DNA of 64,000 bases from an uncultured Planctomycetia bacterium (GTDB lineage Bacteria; Omnitrophota; Gorgyraeia; Duberdicusellales; 4484-171), in contig CAZAYU010000002.1 of assembly GCA_964489445.1 (NCBI GenBank), positions 141,020 through 205,019 on the forward strand, read 5' to 3'. Positions 48,880 through 58,371 of the stretch are shown in pieces (position 1 is the stretch's first letter; each line of letters begins with the position of its first letter). Below the pieces are notes generated by a model. It saw only the letters and a list, made by a program, of their open reading frames with translations. It was not told the origin of the DNA and ran no database searches. Made by a program: the position numbers and the translations under genes.

Positions 48880-49725
48880 ATGCAGAAAAGTATGAAAGTT
48901 TTTGTGTTTTTTTTAGCGATTATTTCTTTTGTTTTTTTAGCAGAAGCAAAACCGAATAAAGGTGGATCTCGCTCAAAAGGTGGACGAAAAAATAAACAAT
49001 CTAGTTCGCGAAGCAAACAGCAAGGAAAATCCGGTGGAAGTAAAGGCAAATCAAGCAATTTTAAAAGAGGTAAGCAGGAAGAAGCTGCAGGTAGACGGAG
49101 TAGTTCAAGCAATTCTAGGGGCGGACAGCATGGTGGCCCGGGAAGCCCAAAAGGCAACAAGCAAGACAATTCAGGCAGGCCTAAAGATTCAAGAAGAGGG
49201 CAATCTGGCAGTATGGATGAGTCATCGCAGGGAGGAAGATTCAAACAAGGCGATCGCAATAGTGATGGCTCTATAGATAAAAAAGAGATGCGGATGGATA
49301 AAAAGCGAGAGCAAAATCAGAGATCGCAAGTAAATACTTCTTGGGAGAAAAGAGCAGATCGCAACCAAGATGGACAGGTAGACAGAAAAGAAATGCAGAT
49401 GCGTAAAGAAAAAATGCAGGAGCGTTCTCAAGTAGATAAACCCTGGGAAGAAAGAGCTGATCACAATCAAGATGGAGTAGTTGATAAAAATGAAATGGAC
49501 ATGCATAAACAGAAAATGCAGGAACATTCCCAAGTAGATAAACCAGGTGGAGAAAGAGCTGATCGCAATCAGGATGGAGAGGTAGACAAGAAAGAAACTA
49601 ATATGCAGAAAGAGCATATGCGGGAAAAATCAAAAGTAGATAAGCCTTGGGAAAAAAAGGCAGATCGTAATCAGGATGGGCAAGTAGATAAAAAAGAAAT
49701 AAACATGTGGAAAGAAAGAAAGTAG
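48880..49725 (+). CDS. Secreted, low-complexity (S/G/K/R-rich) protein with five tandem canonical EF-hand Ca2+-binding loops
   Basis: It has a signal peptide (MQKSMKVFVFFLAIISFVFLAEA) after GGAGGTG. The 12-residue loops DRNSDGSIDKKE, DRNQDGQVDRKE, DHNQDGVVDKNE, DRNQDGEVDKKE and DRNQDGQVDKKE each sit inside a ~37-aa repeat. The DNA shows a matching ~111-bp tandem periodicity. Confidence 0.65.
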   Translation: MQKSMKVFVFFLAIISFVFLAEAKPNKGGSRSKGGRKNKQSSSRSKQQGKSGGSKGKSSNFKRGKQEEAAGRRSSSSNSRGGQHGGPGSPKGNKQDNSGRPKDSRRGQSGSMDESSQGGRFKQGDRNSDGSIDKKEMRMDKKREQNQRSQVNTSWEKRADRNQDGQVDRKEMQMRKEKMQERSQVDKPWEERADHNQDGVVDKNEMDMHKQKMQEHSQVDKPGGERADRNQDGEVDKKETNMQKEHMREKSKVDKPWEKKADRNQDGQVDKKEINMWKERK

Positions 49726-49790
49726 ATTTGTCTAAATAAGGTATATGCGCAGTTAGTAGATAAAGTTATATTTAAAACAAGGAGGTTTGC

Positions 49791-50651
49791 GTGGTAGGAT
49801 TATTTTTTATTTTAATGGCAATAGTATTTGTTTTTTTTCTGGGTATTCGCATTATTCGTCCGACTCATAGGGGGCTACTAGAAAGGTTGGGGAAGTATAA
49901 TCGTTTTGCCAATCCGGGATTTCATTGGATTATCCCGATAGTAGAAAACATGTATATTGTTAATGTAACTGAACAGATGGTTGATGCTGAACCTCAGGAA
50001 ATAATTACTAATGATAATTTGAATGCTCGAGTTGATGCCCAAGTTTATTTTAAGGTTAAACTTGATGAACAAAACGTTAAGAGTTCCCAGTATCACGTAA
50101 ATAATTATCAATGGCAGATAGTAAATCTTGCTCGTACTACACTAAGGAATATTATTGGTACATTAACTTTAAAATCAGCAAATAGCGAACGAGGAAAAAT
50201 TAATTCCGAATTACATAGAACACTTCGTGATGAGACTCAAAGTTGGGGAATTGAAATTGTGCGTACGGAATTAAAAGAGATTGACCCGCCAAAAGACGTT
50301 CAAGATACAATGAATAAGGTAGTAAAAGCGGAAAATGAGAAGATTGCAGCAATTGATTTTGCTACTGCTCGGGAAACTGTTGCTGATGGTGAGAAACGAG
50401 CAAAGATTAAAGAAGCCGAAGGCGTAAAACGGGCTAGAATATTGCAGGCTGAAGGCGAATCCGAAGCAATTAAGCTAGTTAATGAAGCTGCTGATAAGTA
50501 TTTTGTTGGAAATGCTCAGGTGCTAAGAAAATTACAGGCAGTGGAGTCGGCTTTAGAAGATAATGCAAAGATTGTAGTCCCGGCTGGTTCGGATTTAGTT
50601 AATGTAATTGGGGAAATGGCTGGTATTATTCCGTTAAAAAAAGATAAGTAG
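49791..50651 (+). CDS. SPFH/band-7 (stomatin/prohibitin-like) membrane protein
   Basis: An N-terminal TM helix is followed by GLLERLGKYNRFANPGFHWIIP...ITNDNLNARVDAQVYFKV and a coiled-coil C-terminus. Confidence 0.8.
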   Translation: MVGLFFILMAIVFVFFLGIRIIRPTHRGLLERLGKYNRFANPGFHWIIPIVENMYIVNVTEQMVDAEPQEIITNDNLNARVDAQVYFKVKLDEQNVKSSQYHVNNYQWQIVNLARTTLRNIIGTLTLKSANSERGKINSELHRTLRDETQSWGIEIVRTELKEIDPPKDVQDTMNKVVKAENEKIAAIDFATARETVADGEKRAKIKEAEGVKRARILQAEGESEAIKLVNEAADKYFVGNAQVLRKLQAVESALEDNAKIVVPAGSDLVNVIGEMAGIIPLKKDK

Positions 50652-50697
50652 GACAAAATTAAGACGATAAAGATATATAAGTAGTAATTTTTTAATT

Positions 50698-51102
50698 ATG
50701 TTCGGGAGAAAAAAAAGAAAAATTATTGGCTACGAATTTGCTTTAGATTTGCAGGAAAAAGCCGAAGAGGTTTGTCGAATGTTATTTCCGCATATTAAAT
50801 TAGGATTTTTTAAGTGTTTTCGTAGTTCTGGCTCTGTTTCAAGACGGACAATTGCTCGATGCCACGGATTGGCTAAAATAATGCAAAAAACCATTGGCTG
50901 CCCGGCTCATTATGGAATCGAATTCATTTCTGAGCGGTTTGATAAGCTTTCTGAAGAAGACCGAATAAAGGTAATTATTCATGAGTTAATGCACATTCCG
51001 CTTAATTTCGGCGGTGGATTTAAACATCATGACTATGTTAATGAGGGCAATGTGGAAAGAATGTATAAGAATTACAAAAAACACAAAGACCACAAGAGGT
51101 AA
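50698..51102 (+). CDS. Putative zincin-like metallopeptidase-fold protein (HExxH)
   Basis: IIHELMHIP holds the HExxH motif near the C-terminus. It is 134 aa and its family is uncertain. Confidence 0.35.
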   Translation: MFGRKKRKIIGYEFALDLQEKAEEVCRMLFPHIKLGFFKCFRSSGSVSRRTIARCHGLAKIMQKTIGCPAHYGIEFISERFDKLSEEDRIKVIIHELMHIPLNFGGGFKHHDYVNEGNVERMYKNYKKHKDHKR

Positions 51103-51108
51103 ACCAAA

Positions 51109-51417
51109 ATGAAAAAGTGTCCCTATTGTGCCGAGGAAATACAGGATCAAGCAATCAAATGTAGACATTGTGGTGAATTTTTAAATAAAAAACCAAAAGT
51201 TAAGTGGTATTTTAAGCCTTATTGGTTGGTGGTTGGATTTTTATGTGTTGGCCCGTTAATTCTTCCGTTGGTTTGGTTCAACCCTGAATACAACCGACAA
51301 AGAAAGATAATTTTTAGCACTATAATCATAATTATTAGTTATTTTGTTGGTTCATTAATGCTAAATGCTATAAATTCCATTCAAGATTATTATCATCTAT
51401 TGTTTCAACAATTTTAG
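51109..51417 (+). CDS. Zinc-ribbon (CPYC...CRHC) protein with two C-terminal TM helices
   Basis: The N-terminus reads [24 protein letters not shown], and two hydrophobic helices follow. Confidence 0.5.
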   Translation: MKKCPYCAEEIQDQAIKCRHCGEFLNKKPKVKWYFKPYWLVVGFLCVGPLILPLVWFNPEYNRQRKIIFSTIIIIISYFVGSLMLNAINSIQDYYHLLFQQF

Positions 51418-51674
51418 GGTGTTGAAATTTAAAATTTCAGGATAGATAAAAAGCGTTAAAACTGATGGCCAGAGAGAGAGTTACTAAAAGGCAGAAAAAT
51501 GTATCAAAGTTTACTTCGGGAAAGAAAACAAGTACATAAGGATAAATTGAAGACTTCCAAGAAAAGGTAACTTTAGCGGAAAGGTTCGCGCTTAATTATA
51601 ATAGAAAAAGATTAATTAACCTAAATATTGCAAGGTCAATGTTGTGTACATTTTTATTCACGGAGGTGTGAGTG

Positions 51675-52490
51675 ATGACGAGTAAATGTAGTTTTATCTT
51701 GTTAGTACTAAGCTTAATATTTTTTTGTTTTACTATTTATGCAGAAGAGGCAAGTGAAACAAAAAATAATAATTTAAAGGAGAATATTATAAGCGATTCA
51801 GGTTTTAGTATGGATAGTCAGCAATACCTATGTATTTCAGGATATGCTAAATATCCCAAAGATAAGGATTTTATTATCGCGGATTTATTTATTTTGGATT
51901 ATTCTTTATTCGATTTTCCAGTTGGAAAAGGTCCGTATATAATTAAGCTTCTAGATAGAAAAGATCGCATAGTCGCAAAATATAATTTTAATACAAGCAC
52001 AATGCGTGTTTCTACAGATAAGGGGGATAGAGTGCAGGATAGCGGGATGTTTGCCTTTTCTATTCCTGTTTCTTCAGAAGTAAATAAGGTGGTAATAAAA
52101 AAAGGAAAAATTGTCTTAACAGAAAGAATGCGCAGCTTGAATTCTCCTAAGGTGGAGTTTGTAAGACCAAGAAATAATTCAAAAATATCGGGCACTGTTG
52201 AAATTGAATGGATTGGTACTGATCCAGATGGAGATGATTTAGTCTATCGATTGGAATCTAGTGATGATTGCGGAAAGAACTGGTCTCCGGAAACAGGGTT
52301 TATTTCAGCAAAGACAATAGAAAAAAAAATGAAGTATCTTTGCGGCAATGATGCCAGTTTTATTGCGATGTCTGGAGGAGATTTAGAAAATGATTGTGGC
52401 AATAAAGACGTTCTTTTACGTATTCTTTGCTCAGATGGCTTTGATGCATCTAGGGATGAAATGAAATTTATTGTTTCCAACGATGAGTAA
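51675..52490 (+). CDS. Hypothetical secreted protein
   Basis: It has a GGAGGTG RBS and a signal peptide (MTSKCSFILLVLSLIFFCFTIYA); a C-terminal DPDGDD motif is present. Confidence 0.45.
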   Translation: MTSKCSFILLVLSLIFFCFTIYAEEASETKNNNLKENIISDSGFSMDSQQYLCISGYAKYPKDKDFIIADLFILDYSLFDFPVGKGPYIIKLLDRKDRIVAKYNFNTSTMRVSTDKGDRVQDSGMFAFSIPVSSEVNKVVIKKGKIVLTERMRSLNSPKVEFVRPRNNSKISGTVEIEWIGTDPDGDDLVYRLESSDDCGKNWSPETGFISAKTIEKKMKYLCGNDASFIAMSGGDLENDCGNKDVLLRILCSDGFDASRDEMKFIVSNDE

Positions 52491-52701
52491 TCTTTTTGGT
52501 ATCGCTGAAAGAAGTAGAGGAATATTAGTAGACGTCCTACTTGGGTGTATTTTGCAAGGGAGTTAACTTCAGATTTTCTTCGTATCTTTTTCTTTGATTC
52601 TTAAAAGTGTTTGGTATAATGATATCGCTCAAGATGCTCTGCCGGCATTGGCTTGATGTTGATGAAAATTAAATAATAATCCTAAATAGTTATTTTTTGT
52701 T

Positions 52702-52780
52702 CGGGAGGTGGCGCAGCCTGGATTAGCGCACTTGAATGGGGTTCAAGGGGTCGCGGGTTCGAATCCCGCTCTCCCGACCA
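52702..52780 (+). tRNA. tRNA-Pro (anticodon GGG), 3' CCA encoded
   Basis: It folds by hand: acceptor CGGGAGG/TCTCCCG, anticodon stem CTTGA/TCAAG with loop ATGGGGT, T-loop TTCGAAT, discriminator A followed by CCA. Confidence 0.85.
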
Positions 52781-53019
52781 AATGAGACTATTAGCATTTT
52801 TTGGCTAACTTTATTGTAGCTATCTTTGTATTGTAGGATTCATCAGAACAGCTTCCTAAAATTCAAAATAAATCTGTTACCAGTAATACTCTACTTTTCT
52901 TATCTAAATTTTTCTTATTTCGTAATTGGGCATAGAGTTCTATTGACAAAGGGTCAATATTATGGTACATAGGGTTAAGAGAGTTAATATAAGTTAATAT
53001 ACGTTAATATAAGGAATAA

Positions 53020-53718
53020 ATGAAAGAAGTTCCTGTTTTAACCACGCAAGAATTGTCTAAGTATCTCAAGTTAAATGAAAAAACTATCCTAAAAATGGCT
53101 CAAACAAGGGCATTACCGGGATTTAAAATAGCTAATCAGTGGCGTTTTTATCTTTCAGCGATTGATGAGTATTTACAGGACAGGATAGTTAAATCTCCAA
53201 ACTACGATTTTAGTAAGCTCTATACTACCAGCGATATTATGCCATTGTCGCGGTTGGTTGATAAATCATACATAAATGTAGATCTGAAGTCAAGCAATCG
53301 AGATGATGTTCTTTTTGAATTAGCAAATATTGCTCGGGACTCCGGATTAACTAATTCATCCGAGGAGTTATTTAAACAGTTGCAAAAAAGGGAGTTAATG
53401 CTAAGTACAGCGGTGGGGAACGGTTTAGCTATTCCTCATCCACGTAATCCTAGCGATGAATTATTTAGCCAGCCAGGAATAATTATTGCTCGCTCAATAA
53501 ACGGGATAGAATTCTCGTCCCCTGATCAGAAAAAGATACATTTATTCTTTATGGTTTGTGCTCCTGATGTGGTTTTGCATTTAAAGCTGTTATCAAAGAT
53601 AGCTAAGTTGTTTAAGCGTAAAGATGTGTCTAGAAAGCTCATGAAAGCAGAGTCAAAAGATGAAGTAATAAAAATATTACTGGAAGATGAAAGGTTTAGC
53701 CTAAGGATAGCCGAATAA
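53020..53718 (+). CDS. Excisionase-family HTH (HTH_17) fused to a PTS EIIA type-2 (PtsN/EIIA-Ntr-like) domain
   Basis: The N-terminus LTTQELSKYLKLNEKTILKMAQTRALPGFKIANQWRF matches the HTH_17 pattern. The C-terminus has GNGLAIPHPRN with the phosphorylatable His. Confidence 0.65.
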   Translation: MKEVPVLTTQELSKYLKLNEKTILKMAQTRALPGFKIANQWRFYLSAIDEYLQDRIVKSPNYDFSKLYTTSDIMPLSRLVDKSYINVDLKSSNRDDVLFELANIARDSGLTNSSEELFKQLQKRELMLSTAVGNGLAIPHPRNPSDELFSQPGIIIARSINGIEFSSPDQKKIHLFFMVCAPDVVLHLKLLSKIAKLFKRKDVSRKLMKAESKDEVIKILLEDERFSLRIAE

Positions 53719-53747
53719 ATATTTATTTGGAAAAAGGAGGATTAAAG

Positions 53748-54206
53748 ATGAAAATTGCCGATTATCTTAAAAAAAGTCAAATAAACCTAGATTTGATAGC
53801 TTGCAACAAGGAGGAGGCTATTAAAAAAATGATAGGGTTATTAAAGAATGCAGAAGAAATAACGGACCATAATAAATTTATGGATGATATCTTCGAGAGA
53901 GAGTCATTGGGTACTACAGGCATTGGCCACGATATTGCTATTCCGCATGCTCGTAGCGATGCTGTGAATGATTTTGTTATTGTTTTTGGTAGAGTTACTT
54001 GTGGCTTAGAGTTTGACGCGCTTGATAAAAAACCGGTTAAACTAATATTCTTAATGGGAACCCCGAAAGAGAAAAGGCTAAGTGGTTATTTAGAAATTTT
54101 ATCTTCTCTTAATAGGCGGCTAAATAAAGAATCTTTCAGAAACCAGCTATTAAGCGCCTCGGCTGCAGAAGAAATTATTGAAATATTTAAAAAAGTAGAA
54201 CACTAA
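53748..54206 (+). CDS. ptsN: PTS EIIA type-2 protein (nitrogen-regulatory PtsN-like)
   Basis: TGIGHDIAIPHARSD was seen. It is 152 aa from the ATG after the GGAGG RBS. Confidence 0.65.
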   Translation: MKIADYLKKSQINLDLIACNKEEAIKKMIGLLKNAEEITDHNKFMDDIFERESLGTTGIGHDIAIPHARSDAVNDFVIVFGRVTCGLEFDALDKKPVKLIFLMGTPKEKRLSGYLEILSSLNRRLNKESFRNQLLSASAAEEIIEIFKKVEH

Positions 54207-54225
54207 TTGTAAGGGTCATTGCACT

Positions 54226-55422
54226 ATGGAAATTTTATTTTTTGTTGGATTAATGATTGGCGGCGGGTTTATAGGGGGAAAGATAAGCAATTATCTAAAA
54301 TTTCCTTCTGTTGTTGGGTATCTTATTGCTGGGCTATTCATGGGTCCTTCTTTTCTTAATATTTTTAATGCTGAGTTATTAGGGAACATGGATACATTTA
54401 ATGATCTGGCCATGAGTATTGTTGCTTTTATTATTGGTAGCGAAATGCGCTTAGGTGCATTGCGAAAAATGGGCAAAAGTATTGTAATTATTATTTTTTC
54501 TGAATCTTTTGGAGCTTTTATAATGGTATTTTGTGGGGTTTACTTGTTAACTCGTAAGTTGTATTTAGCGTTAATATTTGGAGCCATGGCTCCGGCGAGT
54601 GCTCCTGCAGGAACGGCGATAGTTTTGCAAGAGTATAAGGCAAAAGGGCCATTGACTAATGCCTTATATGCGGTGGTAGGCTTAGATGATGGGTTAGCAA
54701 TCATGATTTATGCTTTTGCTGCAGCATTGGCTAAGATATCGATAACCGGATCTAGCGAATCATTTTTACACATAATAAAAGGACCAGTAATTGAAATTAT
54801 GGGGGCTATTATACTGGGGGGATTATTTGGTCTTATCTTAGGTTATGTTACAAAAAAAATACATAACAAAAAAGAGATATTAGCGATTTCCTTGTCTGCA
54901 GTTATGATTTGCTCAGGGCTATCAAATCATTTTCATTTTTCTCTTATTTTGGCTAATTTAAGCCTGGGAATAGTATTTGCTAATCTTTATTTGTATGCTA
55001 ATCGTAGATCAATGGAGGCAGTTAATTTCATTACGCTACCAATATACACTATTTTTTTTGTTATTGCTGGCGCGCATTTACGAATTTCTCTTCTTCCGGC
55101 TATGGGATTGTTAGGTATAATATATATTATCTGTCGTAGTGTAGGATTAATAGGTGGTTCTTTTTTTGGTGCTGTAGTTTCAAAATCAAATCCTGTTTTG
55201 AGGAAATATTTAGGATTGGGAATATTATCTCAAGCTGGCGTAGCCGTAGGCTTAGCTATTATGGCTACACGTGATTTTTCAATGTTAGGCCAGGTTGGAA
55301 GAGATTTATCCGTTTTAGTAATAAATACTATTGCAGCAACCACAATAGTATTTGAAATAATTGGTCCTCTAGCGACTAAATTCGCGATTAATAAGGCAGG
55401 AGAAATTGGAAAAGCAAAATAA
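54226..55422 (+). CDS. Monovalent cation:proton antiporter (CPA2/Kef-type Na+/H+ exchanger family), no KTN domain
   Basis: It has twelve predicted TM helices, and the N-terminus FPSVVGYLIAGLFMGPS is typical of CPA2. Confidence 0.65.
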   Translation: MEILFFVGLMIGGGFIGGKISNYLKFPSVVGYLIAGLFMGPSFLNIFNAELLGNMDTFNDLAMSIVAFIIGSEMRLGALRKMGKSIVIIIFSESFGAFIMVFCGVYLLTRKLYLALIFGAMAPASAPAGTAIVLQEYKAKGPLTNALYAVVGLDDGLAIMIYAFAAALAKISITGSSESFLHIIKGPVIEIMGAIILGGLFGLILGYVTKKIHNKKEILAISLSAVMICSGLSNHFHFSLILANLSLGIVFANLYLYANRRSMEAVNFITLPIYTIFFVIAGAHLRISLLPAMGLLGIIYIICRSVGLIGGSFFGAVVSKSNPVLRKYLGLGILSQAGVAVGLAIMATRDFSMLGQVGRDLSVLVINTIAATTIVFEIIGPLATKFAINKAGEIGKAK

Positions 55423-55449
55423 TATTTGGCTATTTAAGAGGAGGGAAAA

Positions 55450-55791
55450 ATGAATTTTTTAGTTATTATTCTTAATAAAGAAGAATATTTTGAAAAAATA
55501 ACGTCTTTACTTGCAGAAGCAGGCATCGGCGGAGCTACTATTATAAACAGTGAATGTATTGGTCATTATCTAGCGTATGAAGTTCCTATATTTGCTGGAT
55601 TAAGGCAATTAGTAGGAGAAGGCAAGGCTACCAATAAAACTATATTGGCGGCACTAGATAGCGATAAAGTTTTTATTAAATTTAAGGAACTGCTTGTCGA
55701 AGAGGACATAGATTTTACTAAGCCAGGAGTAGGCGCAATAGTTGTAATTCCAGCAAACGAAGTTATAAAATCAAAAGAAGAAAGTGAATAA
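55450..55791 (+). CDS. PII-like (GlnB-fold) signalling protein
   Basis: MNFLVIILNKEEYFEKITSLLAEAGIGGATII mirrors the GlnB beta-alpha-beta start (IEAIIKP...AL...G..GMTV). It is 113 aa and adjacent to the antiporter. Confidence 0.4.
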   Translation: MNFLVIILNKEEYFEKITSLLAEAGIGGATIINSECIGHYLAYEVPIFAGLRQLVGEGKATNKTILAALDSDKVFIKFKELLVEEDIDFTKPGVGAIVVIPANEVIKSKEESE

Positions 55792-55805
55792 ATTTATAGC
55801 TTAAT

Positions 55806-56018
55806 GTGTGTGATGATATTTTCGAATCCTTTCTGATTAATCTTTATAGCAAATATTATAGTGGATATAAGCAAAATAATGCTACATCAAAGATGGCTAT
55901 TGCTTGGAAAATGTTTGACAGCATCCTAAAAGATGGTATATTTTTTCCAGAAAAGGTAAGAGAGGTAATTAAATTATTGGCGTTTAAAAGAGAACTGATA
56001 AATTTTAATGGTTTGTAA
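55806..56018 (+). CDS. Small hypothetical protein (70 aa)
   Basis: It is an ORF only, with no motif. Confidence 0.2.
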   Translation: MCDDIFESFLINLYSKYYSGYKQNNATSKMAIAWKMFDSILKDGIFFPEKVREVIKLLAFKRELINFNGL

Positions 56019-56039
56019 AAAATAAGAAGGAGAAGAATA

Positions 56040-57890
56040 ATGGAAGAGAAAGATGTTCAGACGTATGAGTACAAGGCAGAAATGAAGCAATTGCTTAACT
56101 TGATTGTGCACTCTCTTTATACACATCCCGAAATATTTTTAAGAGAGTTGATATCCAATGCTTCGGATGCGTTGAATAAAGTTCGCTATCAGCAGTTAAC
56201 AGATGATAATGTCCTTGATAAGGATAGCAAACTGGAGATTAAAATTGATGTGGAGGAAAAGGAAAAAACTTTTTCTATTGAAGATAATGGCATTGGAATG
56301 ACAAAGGAAGATTTAACAGAAAGTATCGGTATAGTAGCTCGCTCTGGAACGCTTGAATTCTTGCAGAAGCTAAAAGAAGAAGAGAAAAGTGCGGGAGATT
56401 TAATTGGGCAATTTGGAGTTGGTTTTTATTCTGTATTTATGGTAGCAGATAAAGTTACTATTGAAACGCGTCAAGCCAGCAAAGACTCTAAAGGTTATAG
56501 GTGGGTTTCTTCAGGAGAAGGAAGCTATACAATCGAAGAAATCGATAAACAAAAACGCGGCACTAAAATAAGTTTTGTATTCAAAGACAGCGCCAAGGAA
56601 TTTTCCGAAGAATCTCGGATTAAACAAATTATTAAAAAATATTCTAATTTTGCTGATTTTCCGATTATTGTTGGCAAAGATAAGGTAAATATCGTTGAGG
56701 CGCTATGGCGTAAGCGTGAAGGTGAGGTTACGGGTGTTCAGCGTAATGAATTTTACAAATTTATTACTAATGATTATGAAGATCCGTTAAGCTATCTTCA
56801 TTTATCTATTGAAGGAGCCGAAGTTGATTTTAAGGCGTTATTGTTTATTCCGCGTAAGGCTCCCTTTGATTTAATACGCGCGCAGCAGCATAAGACGCTA
56901 CAATTATACTCTAACAAAATAATGATAATGGATGATTGTAAAGATTTACTGCCTGAATATCTTCAATTTATCCGCGGTGTTGTTGATACGAGCGATTTAC
57001 CTCTTAATGTGTCTCGAGAGATGGTCCAATCATCTTCTGTTACAACAAAAATTAAAGGAATGCTAACCGCGAAGATTATCCAATGGCTAGAAAAAATGGC
57101 GGATAAAGAACAAGATAATTACTTGTCTTTCTATAAAGCTTTTGGTCCTTTATTTAAAATGGGTCTAAACAGTGATTTTTCTAACCGCGAAAAATTGATC
57201 GAATTGCTAAGATTTGAAACATCGCTTATGGAATCCGGGACAATGTCCTCGTTAAAGGATTATGTCGGGCGGATGAGAGAGAATCAAAAAGAAATTTATT
57301 ATCTTGCTGGTGATGGTCGAAAGCAAGTTGAACTAAATCCGAATTTAGAGTATTTTCAAAAAAATAGTATTGAAGTGCTTCTTTTACTTGAGCCTATAGA
57401 TGTATTCATTGTTCCTTCGATAAATGAATATGAAAAAAAGCCTCTAAAAGCTATTGATAAGGGTGATATTAACTTAGAGTCATCAGACAGCAAAAGCGAT
57501 AAAGGGGACGATAATCTTTCTAAATCGCTTATTGGGTTGTTTAGAGATGTCTTGAAGGACCAGGTTGAAGATGTAAAAGTTTCTAAGCGTTTAGTTAATT
57601 CCGCCGTTACCTTAGTAACTGGCGATAAAGGGGTTGACCGTCAAACAGAACGTTTAATGAAAATGATGGGTCAAAATTCTCCTGAATCTAAAAGAATAAT
57701 GGAGGTGAATATTGATCATCCAGTTATTAAGAATTTGTCTAGGCGGTATTTGGCAAGCCCGTCTGATACTTTTATAAGTAAGTGTGTTACTCAGCTTTAT
57801 GAAAGTGCCGAGCTTATTGACGGTGAGCTTCATTCAAAGACCGATTATGTTAAGCGGATGATGGAGATTATGGAAGAAGCGACGAAATAA
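56040..57890 (+). CDS. htpG: Chaperone HtpG (Hsp90)
   Basis: It has the HSLYTHPEIFLRELISNASDA GHKL ATPase signature and is 616 aa. Confidence 0.9.
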   Translation: MEEKDVQTYEYKAEMKQLLNLIVHSLYTHPEIFLRELISNASDALNKVRYQQLTDDNVLDKDSKLEIKIDVEEKEKTFSIEDNGIGMTKEDLTESIGIVARSGTLEFLQKLKEEEKSAGDLIGQFGVGFYSVFMVADKVTIETRQASKDSKGYRWVSSGEGSYTIEEIDKQKRGTKISFVFKDSAKEFSEESRIKQIIKKYSNFADFPIIVGKDKVNIVEALWRKREGEVTGVQRNEFYKFITNDYEDPLSYLHLSIEGAEVDFKALLFIPRKAPFDLIRAQQHKTLQLYSNKIMIMDDCKDLLPEYLQFIRGVVDTSDLPLNVSREMVQSSSVTTKIKGMLTAKIIQWLEKMADKEQDNYLSFYKAFGPLFKMGLNSDFSNREKLIELLRFETSLMESGTMSSLKDYVGRMRENQKEIYYLAGDGRKQVELNPNLEYFQKNSIEVLLLLEPIDVFIVPSINEYEKKPLKAIDKGDINLESSDSKSDKGDDNLSKSLIGLFRDVLKDQVEDVKVSKRLVNSAVTLVTGDKGVDRQTERLMKMMGQNSPESKRIMEVNIDHPVIKNLSRRYLASPSDTFISKCVTQLYESAELIDGELHSKTDYVKRMMEIMEEATK

Positions 57891-57936
57891 AAGAAGAAAC
57901 ATAGTGTTAATTATAATTTAAAAAAGAGTTGGGGCA

Positions 57937-57945
57937 TGGTATAAT
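57937..57945 (+). promoter_or_regulatory. Extended -10 promoter element TGgTATAAT upstream of the PilZ-hom-thrC-argS gene string
   Basis: TGGTATAAT was read directly, ~80 nt upstream of the PilZ start; no clear -35 was found. Confidence 0.35.
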
Positions 57946-58026
57946 ATTTTGGATTTATAAGTTGAATCTTAAAATATACGGTGCTTAACCAAAATTTATT
58001 TTATGCATAATTAGCTAGGAGGAATA

Positions 58027-58371
58027 ATGGTAAAGGGTAGCCTAGAGCGCAGACGTTATTCAAGGTTAAAAGGCAATTTTATTGTGAGCTATCGGATTAA
58101 GGAATTGCCTGGCAATTACGATCTTTCCCAAACAAAGGATGTTAATCAGGGTGGAATGATGCTGACTACAAACCAGATATTCGAAAATGGTACCTGCTTG
58201 ATGATGATTATTAGATTGCCTTTCGTTTCTAAAAAAATAGAAGTTCTTGGCGAAGTTGTTAGTTCTAAGAAGGTAGTAAGAAATTTAATTTATGAAACTA
58301 GAATAAAATTTTTAAATTTAAATAAAGATTTTTTTAAAAAATTAGGGAAGTTTATCGAGGATAATCTGTAA
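58027..58371 (+). CDS. Stand-alone PilZ-domain protein (second copy)
   Basis: RRYSRLKGNF (RxxxR) and DVNQGGMML (D/NxSxxG-like) were seen. It is 114 aa, and its stop abuts the hom start. Confidence 0.6.
   Translation: MVKGSLERRRYSRLKGNFIVSYRIKELPGNYDLSQTKDVNQGGMMLTTNQIFENGTCLMMIIRLPFVSKKIEVLGEVVSSKKVVRNLIYETRIKFLNLNKDFFKKLGKFIEDNL

Noticed and set aside
48837-49617. Long ORFs on the minus strand (48837-49259, 49222-49617) and a plus-strand alternative frame (48962-49276) across the EF-hand repeat gene
   Set aside because: They are reading-frame artefacts of the purine-rich tandem repeat. Their translations are low-complexity (poly-L, poly-F and poly-P strings), have no RBS, and lie fully inside a well-supported plus-strand gene.
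52960-53000. Triple GTTAATAT direct repeat after tRNA-Pro as a possible integration att site
   Set aside because: The repeats do not copy any part of the tRNA 3' end. An operator or promoter element for the downstream HTH-EIIA gene is the more economical reading, as recorded in the findings.
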